A stretch of DNA of 64,000 nucleotides from the human T2T-CHM13v2.0 reference genome, Homo sapiens: NCBI RefSeq assembly GCF_009914755.1, contig NC_060938.1; one strand, 5' to 3'. Positions 1-7,973 of this stretch are shown here, one piece after another. A program made the position numbers and the translations under genes. How positions within the stretch are numbered: position 1 is the stretch's first letter; each line of letters starts with the position of its first letter. The notes below the pieces were generated by a model. The model was not told the DNA's origin. It searched no databases and saw nothing but the letters and a program-made list of their open reading frames with translations.

Positions 1-602
1 GTATTTATTTGTATTTCAATAAAATAAGTGGAAGGGGGCCATAAAAAAGAAGTTATGTAAAAGAGAGGATTTTTTTTTTTCTTTTTTTACTTTGAAGTGA
101 CTTAATTTTGTGTGGTCTGGGATTTCATTACAGTAAAATAGCTCAGGCTGGCTATTCAACACCCAAGCAAATTATCAGCTGCCACAAGAAAAAGAAAAAA
201 GAATGAATTTCTTGATTTTCAGCAACTGCACAAAAGACTAGCATATGTCAAAATGCTGGACCAACATCCCGTGAATGTGGCACCATTCATCAAGCCTCCA
301 TCTAGTGTCACTTTTGCCAGCAAAAAACAAGGCTGCTCTGCTCACCCTCCTCACTGGCTTGTGCAGAAGACGCAAGAAATGTGTCCTTCTCTTTCCACGC
401 GTCTCCAAATAGCCTGCTCTCGGCACTTTTTACCCACGCCCTGGGAAACATACTTGCTCAAGGGAGGCAGTCAGCACACGGCGTTTCTTGGGGAGGGATG
501 GAGCAACAGGGGGACCGAGCCTGAGCACATCTCCCTGACATTTGGCTCCCTGGGACCGGAAGGAAGCTGAGTGGGATCAGGGAGTAGGGACAGGACAGAG
601 CA

Positions 603-688
603 CACAGGACCTCAGGCCAAATGGCCTGAGTCAAAAGAGTGCCGCACAGGACCTCAGGCCAAATGGCCTGAGTCAAAAGAGTGCCGCA
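603..688. repeat. Perfect 42-bp tandem duplication (2 copies), each with a 9-bp-arm palindrome and an AP-1 site
   Basis: cacaggacctcaggccaaatggcctgagtcaaaagagtgccg at 603 and 645. Confidence 0.95.
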
Positions 689-2310
689 AAGTGACAAAGC
701 ATACTCACGGCAGCTGGATGACACAGACATTCATTCCTAGTGTCTTCTGTACCCTTCCCCATTAATAAATACAAAAGTGTATCTACAGCTAACACCGTCT
801 TCAGAGAAAGATGCTCAGCCGGTATCAATAACTCAACCATGTGGTGCAGGGTACAGTCCCCAAAGACCATTTACTTTCTCCTTGTCCTCCCCAGATGTGA
901 AGCCAACATTAACCTCGAGGCCAAAGTCTTTGGAGAGTTTCAGCTAAAGGTGAGGCCTAACCAGGCAGCCAGAAGGTCCATCCTTAAGCCATGGGAGATG
1001 AAGGAGAGTCTCCAACGGACAAGAACCTGACCCCCTCCCATTCCCTCCCCCATATATTTTTTCCTGCATTGTCTTATCTATGATCTGTGTTTAGTTACAG
1101 CTTGTGAAACTCCCCTGAGTTCTAAGGCAAAGGATTGGAGATTGCTAAACTGATTTTTAACGGTTTTCTGCAGCTCAGAGACCACCGTCCGGCCCAAGAC
1201 TTCGAGGTCACCGTGCCTCTTCATCTCTGAGTGGTCCAGTGAGCTCGCTGCCACTACATGCTTACAACTGGCTCGATTCAAACATTAAATGAAGTAGAGA
1301 AATCATCAGATAAATTGCTGGCCCTGTGTACTGGAGAGTGAAGGCTCTTTCTCCAGCTGACGACAGCGCTAGGCTTTTGTCTGACCTAATTTATTTCTCT
1401 TTCAGGTTAGAATAAAGCACTCTTTCCTGTCGCAGGGTAACCTCTTCTGCTCATATATTGAACTCTAGCATAAGACTCAGGGTGCAGTCTGCAGATTTCT
1501 TCAACTTGGGAAAGAAGACATTATAAATCTAGAAATCCTATGATCAAAAGCACATATATTCCCCATCACTAGATTACATGTTTAGGGGAGAAATCCTCTC
1601 ATTAAAAGCCATCCATAAAGGACAACTGTTTGGGGTGAAAGATGTGATCAACACTGGCTCTAGCAATCACATACTCTTTCCAAACAAAGTTTTACATGTT
1701 ATTTGAGTCGGCATTTTAAATCTTTGGGGAACGGTGCTATTTCCCTTAGTTCAGTGGGAACATTACCTAATAAATGGAATTGAGAATCCAAGTGTCATAA
1801 AATTTGAGCTAAAAGGATTTCCATTCATCAAGCTGTTTTAGGTACACGACTCCCAAAAGCAGCAACTCTCGACTGTTCCCTGGGTCTGTGACATGCAAGA
1901 CAGAAATGAGCAGTACGCCTTCCCCAGACCTCCCCAGCCCGATCACCAGCGCCTTAATAACGCAGCAGAATTTTCAGAACGTCAAGACCACGGACGAATC
2001 AGGGAAAACACACCCATTCAAAACTCACAATTTTAATTGTTAAAAAAGAAAGAAAGAAAATCAAAGAAAAAGAAAATGCCCCCATCTGCCAAGTGAGGGC
2101 TTGTAAATCAATGGCGATAGCTTGAAAATAGATTTCTCAAACTTATATTCTCATTTTGTCCTGCACGAATCTCTGCTGGAAAATCAATATTACAACTTCA
2201 CACTTAAGGTATTTTGCAGCAACGTAAACTGCCGCCGCTGCTGATGGAAGCCCGTTCCTAGCCCATTGTAGCGGAGGCGCCAAGCCATGACACGGGCACC
2301 GAGCTCCCCC

Positions 2311-2329
2311 TAGCTGCCAAGTGGCGCTA
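2311..2329 (+). promoter_or_regulatory. Candidate CTCF site in intron 1
   Basis: TAGCTGCCAAGTGGCGCTA versus consensus TGGCCACCAGGGGGCGCTA, in a small CpG-rich patch. Confidence 0.5.
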
Positions 2330-5300
2330 GGCGCGGCTCGGCGTTTCAGCTTGCCATCAACCAAAAGCCAATTCAACTGAAAGTTTATTTTGGAAAGTAT
2401 TTTATCACAACAAGCAACAGAGAATGCAAAGCAATCGAGATAGGAGATGAAAAGGGGATAAGTGAAGGCTGGTGCAAGCCGTGTTCTAAGCTATAAGACA
2501 GTGCCAAGAACTCCATTCTGAGAAGGCGCTAGAAACTGGTATCTGTAAACGACTGTTTTCTGTGCTTCCGTCTCACCTGAGACACAATTCTAATTATTCT
2601 CAAATGCACCCAAAGTTGGGCTTCCCTTGGGTTGAGTAGGACCCACTTAGCCCTCCACACTGGTCACTGACACAACACACCCAACCAGCTAACCCAGCCT
2701 CGATGTCTCTAAGGCCGGCTTCACAAAAGCAACTGCATTCACCCCAGCACTTCAGAAATGCCTAGTTTTCTGTTATGAAATATTTCAAAGGCCAGACAAA
2801 AAATCGCCAAGGCCAAGCACAGGCAGATAGCAACCTCCCCATCAAAAAAAAAGAAAAGAAAAGAAAAGAAAAGAAATATGCATATGTACATCATATCATT
2901 CAGGTAGGGAAAAAAGACCCTTTAAAAATATTAGGGGCTGTTAAAATATGCTCACGGCTGTTTTCTCTCAGGTGTGAATTACAAATGAATAAAATCAGCC
3001 TGGCATAACACCTTTGGTGAACACGTTTTTATTCTCCCATTGAATCAGAGCAGCTGACTTATATCACACTTCTAATGATATGGGGTTCCCTTCTGTGCAG
3101 AAGGGAGAGGAACTTCACCCCCCCCACCAACTAACCAAAAAAAAAAAAAGAGGGCTATGTCTTATGAAATTTATCGGAGGCCCAATTTTGAAAGACATGT
3201 GGACCACTGGAGATATACTCTACCCTGGGGAGTTAAGATAATTGTGAGCACCGCTGCCTTCAAAACACACAGCTACAGCAAAACCTAATTCAAAAGGTAA
3301 CCATGGAATTAACACAGTTAGCCTAACTTTTGCATTGAATCTTGCTTGGGTCTCTAGTTGTTTTACAAAATCGTGAATTCATACGGAAAATTACTAATCT
3401 TCCTAGGAAACCTGTTGGTGGGTTGTTGAGAAAATCACCTTGACTGGGGTTACGCAGTTTACCGTGGACATCTTATTTTCCTTGGTCTCTTCAGAAAGCA
3501 TCAAGCTCCTTCTTGGATTTAAGTACTCTTCCCTTCACCCTGGCCCTGTCTGGCACAGCGGGCTCTGGCCCTTTCCTCTGCGTGGTCAGCCGATCCCCCT
3601 TAACCTCCCCTCGGCACGATTGCCACTGTGTTGTTTTGTGTTTGTTTTTTTATTAATAGCTGTGTCTGTCCTCTGCTTTTAAAAGCCATATCCATCTGGG
3701 TCAAACATTTTGAAGCAAACCAGAAGCCCAGGTTTCCATCACCAGCTGTCTCTCACTCTTTTTTACCTCACTCCTCTTGTCCCTGGCCCTGTCTGTAAAT
3801 TTAACTAGCTCATTATGGAGCCCTTCTCAGACGCTCCCTCCCCCTTCTCCCCTCCCCACCGCCACCCACCCACAAAGACCATGCGTGCTATTTGTGTGCC
3901 CTCTTGTTTCCCAGGCCATCAGTTATTTGCAGTTGCATCATCCCTGAAGGACCTGAGGTTGCTGCCCCACAGGCCCAGGAGCTGCCACCCAACTGATAAA
4001 GATGTACCATGTTTTAAGGGGTATCTTTGGAATTTAAAATCTAAAATGTGAACTCCAAGTAGAGGATGCGACAGCACCCGCTTTGCCAGCCAGGGCTCCA
4101 AAGCACCCTGAGTCCACGGCTCCTGCATCATTTGTGGAGAGGCACTTCCAGAGGCCAGAGAGGCTAAAGTGCACCCCATTCCTGCCTTTCCCCTGCTTGC
4201 TCTCCCACCTCCCTCCCGGGTGACACAGGACAGACGAAAAGCCAGCTGCTTTTGGATAATAAATAGCCTTGTCTGAAAACTGGTTGGACCACTCTCCTAG
4301 CTTAAACCTGTACACATAGCCTGGGCTCCGTGTGCCCCTCAAAGGCAGGCCGGCTTTCCTTTGCCCTCTGGTCTCCTTCCCCTTTTTCTCTCCACCTCTC
4401 TTCTCCTTTGCCTCTCTCTTTTTCCCTCCCTGCCACTGCTCCAGTGTCAGCTGGCTTTCCCCAGCGTGGCTCTGAGCAGGGCTGAGCGAGACAGGGAACA
4501 AATGAAGGATGGGAAAGTGCTGCACCAGGCACCCCTCACCCCCATGCCCAGCTGCCACCAGTCCTCTGGCCAGGGCTCTCGCCTGATGTCCCAGGAATGC
4601 CAGGAGAAGGAGAGCCAAAGCAAAGCGAACCTACCTGCTTCTTCCCCTTACACACAACTGCAACCACTCCTGGCTCGCCGCTGCTGCCAGCTTGGCAGTG
4701 CACCCCCATCCACTCCCCCTTCCCCGACCCCCCCAATTCCCCCTCCTCAAAAACAACCCTTGCAATTATACAGAGGCTACGTGGGGCAAATTGCCTCCTG
4801 GAGAAATTAAGCCTCTGCAAGTATAGACGTTTTAACAACCACCCCATCTAAAGGGGGAAGGGTGTAGAATAAGCGATTGCTGTGGCTTGGTAAAGGATCG
4901 AAATGTCAACTGGCAAAAAAGACCTTGATCAAACCAAGCTCAAATCTAGCTGCAAAACATTTTGTTTTAAACGCAGCCGGCGAGTCTTCTTTGGTGTTAC
5001 AACGGCGAAAAATAAAAGAGAAGTCCTCTTCCCTTCCTCCAAAGAGGCATCCCTCTCCCAAGGCGAATCCCACTTTAATTTCTATTCCCCCCCCCCAAAA
5101 AAAATCATAATAAATCCACAAATTCTTACTAATGTATCTGCTGTAACAAAGGAGAGATGGCAACAGCAATTGCTCCGAGCAGATGGCTCCTATGCTGGGT
5201 TTTCAGGGGAGGGGAGAACCACTTTATATATTTATTTATTTATTTAAATTTTTTAAAATATAACATAAATATTCGGCTCTCGGCCGCCCGGCAGCCAGTC

Positions 5301-5442
5301 CTCTGCGGTGACTGGGCGCGCAGCCCTCTCGAGCTCCGCGCGGGCAGCCCGGCCCCAGCCCGGCGAGGTGCGCGGCGGATTGCAAGCATATAACCTGCCC
5401 GCGGTCTCGATGGCACCCAGAGGATGTTTTATTTCTATTGCA

Positions 5443-5445
<3 letters not shown>

Positions 5446-5479
<34 letters not shown>
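5446..5479 (+). repeat. A34 mononucleotide tract, not part of a retroposon
   Basis: 34 consecutive A with CpG-island sequence on both sides and no Alu or L1 body. Confidence 0.95.
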
Positions 5480-5481
<2 letters not shown>

Positions 5482-6729
5482 AACGGCGACCCAGGCACCG
5501 CGAGAGAAAGAACGGCGGGGAAATGTTCGCGCGCAGCGAAGAAGCCGCCCCGCGGGCTGCGGCGGGCGGGGAGCGCCGCAAAGCCACCTTCCCGGTGCAA
5601 GTGTGCGGGGACTCGGGGCGGGTTCCCCTGCAAACACCGTACCTGGCCCGCTCGCGCTCGCTTTTCCCCTCTGCTAAATAAACCCAACAGGGACGGTGGA
5701 AGCTGCTGCTTGTCTTGCCCCGCTGCCTGACTTTGCCCGCCCAGCCACATGCTTGAAATCGACACGATTTCAGCCGGTGGATTTCCACTGCGACCTGCCT
5801 TGTTTATTTAGATAGGAAAGATGAAAGATACTGAGATAGAAAGATGGATACGAGATTGATGGGTCTCCTTTTTTTCTTTTTTTTCTTTTACTATTTTACA
5901 AGCGCATCACTCTCTTCCCACTCCTAACTGACAACCTTTTTTTTTTTCCTCGTGGCGGGGATTTTTCACCAACCCCAATCCCCCCACCTTTTTTGAAGTG
6001 GGGGAAAGAAGACAAGATCATCCCAGGAGACAGACGGAGGTGGGGAAGTGGGGGGTGGGGAGGGGGGCTTGAGCCCGGCAAACAGCCGCGCAGCTGGATT
6101 ATTTTGCAAATAGCAGGAGGAGGGGAGAGAAAGGCGGCTGCGGAATCCTAGGACTGGCGCGGCCGGCACCCTGCTGGGCCGGGCGCAGGGACCGGGGACC
6201 CGGAGCCGGCGGCCGCCCCTGGCCCTACGGCTCCCCCAGCCGGAACGCACCCCGCTCTCCTCCGCCCGCGCCGTCAGCGCGGACCCACGCGCTCGCCAAC
6301 TTTTCCCCACTTCCCGGCTCCCCCTCCCCCTCCGCTCCCCCAGCCCCCTCCCCCTCCTCTCCAAACCCCGCCACCAGCGCCGCCGCCGCCACACACGCCG
6401 CTCGGAGGGGCGAGCGTCCAGCCGGGCTCGGCGCGCACACACACACACTCCTCCAGCCTGCATGCCCCCTCCCCGGCCCGGAGCCGGCTCCGCAGGCCCC
6501 CGAGCCCGAGGCGCGTCCGGCTGCTCGGCGCCCCAACTCCCCGGGCTGCAAAGAAACTTTCCTATGGCCCCCGCCCCCCGCCATGCTCCAGGCCGACGCC
6601 GTAGACTCTGCCAGCCAGCGGGCGGCCCCGGCGCCTGGCCAGGCTCGGCTGTTCCGGGCTCGGTGTCCCCAGCCCCAGACGCCCGGAGCCCCATCTCCGG
6701 CCCCTCGCGCGCACTCCGCAGACACTTAC

Positions 6730-6787
6730 GGGTGATGAGCTCCCTCTGGGACAAGTGCTGCGGGTTGCCCTGTTTGCGGCGGGACAT
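6730..6787 (-). CDS. BCL11B: BCL11B (CTIP2) coding exon 1, 58 nt, MSRRKQGNPQHLSQRELIT + phase-1 split codon; the rest of the CDS lies beyond the left edge of the window
   Basis: The translation matches the BCL11B N-terminus (BCL11A reads MSRRKQGKPQHLSKREFS). MSRRKQ is the NuRD-recruiting motif shared with FOG1 and SALL proteins. The exon ends at a perfect C|GTAAGT donor (6729-6724). Confidence 0.97.
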
Positions 6788-6798
6788 TGCCCCGGCAT

Positions 6799-6810
6799 CT
6801 ATTCTGGCAT
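6799..6810 (-). other. Minimal uORF ATG CCA GAA TAG (MPE*), immediately followed by an out-of-frame ATG at 6798 that overlaps the main start
   Basis: The minus strand reads GGGCG ATG CCA GAA TAG ATG CCG GGG CA ATG TCC. Confidence 0.8.
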
Positions 6811-6857
6811 CGCCCGGAGAGCTGCACTGATGGGGGGAGCCGGGGGAGGGGGTCCGA

Positions 6858-6906
6858 GCCGCCGCCGCGCCGCTGCCGCCGCTGCCGCCGCCGCCGCCGC
6901 CGCCGC
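6858..6906 (-). repeat. Interrupted GGC/CGG trinucleotide repeat in the 5' UTR; plus strand (GCC)3 GC GCC GCT (GCC)2 GCT (GCC)7 GC
   Basis: Read directly from sequence. Confidence 0.95.
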
Positions 6907-7718
6907 ACCTCCTCCTCTGCCCGGGTTGGTGTTTTTTTTCCCTTCCTCTCTTTCCCTCTCTTCCTCCTCTTCTTCTTCTTTATTTTGCTCTTTCTTCTAT
7001 GCTGTTTTTTGTTTTGTTTGCAAAAAGAAAAAAAAGGGAAGAAAAGCAAGAAAAACCTCTCGATCTAAAATAAGAAAAAGAGGCAAAAAAAAAAAAAAAC
7101 TGCTGTTGCTTTCCGCGGACTGGCTGGTTTCTTTAAAAATATATTCTTTCGAAGGAAAAAAAATCTCTTACACTTCTTCAAACTGCTTGGCCTCTTGCAC
7201 TTGCAAATGTCTTCTTGAACTTAAACTGGGTTTTGCACCGGCTCCTGACACTTTCTTTCAGGGTCTGGTAGGTGGAAAGCGCACTTCTACCAGGAGGGGA
7301 AAAAAAATGCAAACAAATAAAAAAATAAAAGAAGAAAAAGCAAAGGAAAAAAAAAAGCAAAGAAAACTTGGGGACTTGTCTCGTACCCCCTCACCCCGCC
7401 CCCTCAAAAAACCCAAAGCAATGTAAAACTGCCCCGGTTCGGTTGTTTCTGGGTTTTCTGCGGGCTGCCTGTTTTTGTTTTTGTTTTTGTTTTTTCTCGG
7501 AGACTGACCCTTCCGAGGCTCTGGGGGGACACCAGGAGAGGCTCCTTCCCAGTTCACCTGGCAGGCTGGCGCCGGCCGGAGGGGCTGCCGAGTCCCCGCG
7601 AGCGCTCCCCAGCGCTCCCCTGGCGCCGCGGGCCCGGGGGGAGCGGGGCGGAGGGGCGGCTCGCCCAGTGCGCCTGGGTCGGTGCGGGCGCAGACTGGGA
7701 GCTATAGATTGCAACGTG

Positions 7719-7825
7719 AAGATGGCGGAGTCCGGGTTCTCTGGGAGCTCTCGGTCTCTCTATGGCTGGGGCTGCCTCTGTACAATGGGATAAAATTCAA
7801 GTTCAAGTGCGGACGTGACGTTTAA
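7719..7825 (-). promoter_or_regulatory. Core promoter motifs: YY1 (AAGATGGCGG 7719-7728), TATA-like TTTTAT (~7790-7795, minus), CRE/ATF half sites (GACGTGACGT 7812-7821)
   Basis: Motif matches read from sequence; their spacing fits a minus-strand TSS near 7765. Confidence 0.55.
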
Positions 7826-7937
7826 TCTGCACTAGAGACAAAAAGACCCAGAGAGTCGGAGCACTGGGGGCGACTAGCGGTGGCTTTTTAACATTGTACC
7901 CTGTAAGAGAACAAGAAAGCACACACAGAGACACACT

Positions 7938-7973
7938 CGCGCGCGCGCGCACACTCACACACACACACACACA
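7938..7973. repeat. (CG)6-(CA)n alternating purine-pyrimidine tract
   Basis: cgcgcgcgcgcgc acact cacaca... Confidence 0.9.

Larger units (their letters stand above)
1..6729 (-). other. BCL11B: BCL11B intron 1 (partial, 5' portion)
   Basis: Starts with the GTAAGT donor. The BCL11B exon 2 peptide (PEADHVEAA...) does not appear in the ORF track for 1-6729. Confidence 0.9.
6788..7770 (-). other. BCL11B: BCL11B 5' UTR / leader (TSS approximate)
   Basis: No minus-strand ATG between 7891 and 6811. There is a TATA-like TTTTAT at ~7795-7790 and a YY1 motif just inside the leader. The exact TSS cannot be determined from sequence. Confidence 0.6.

Noticed and set aside
6730-6787. BCL11A as an alternative identity
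   Set aside because: The residues GNPQHLSQRELIT match BCL11B; BCL11A has GKPQHLSKREFS.
6755-7426. 223-aa plus-strand ORF with poly-Ala, poly-Ser and poly-Lys
   Set aside because: It is the antisense reading of the GCC repeat and low-complexity 5' UTR, has a non-ATG start and shows no protein-like composition.
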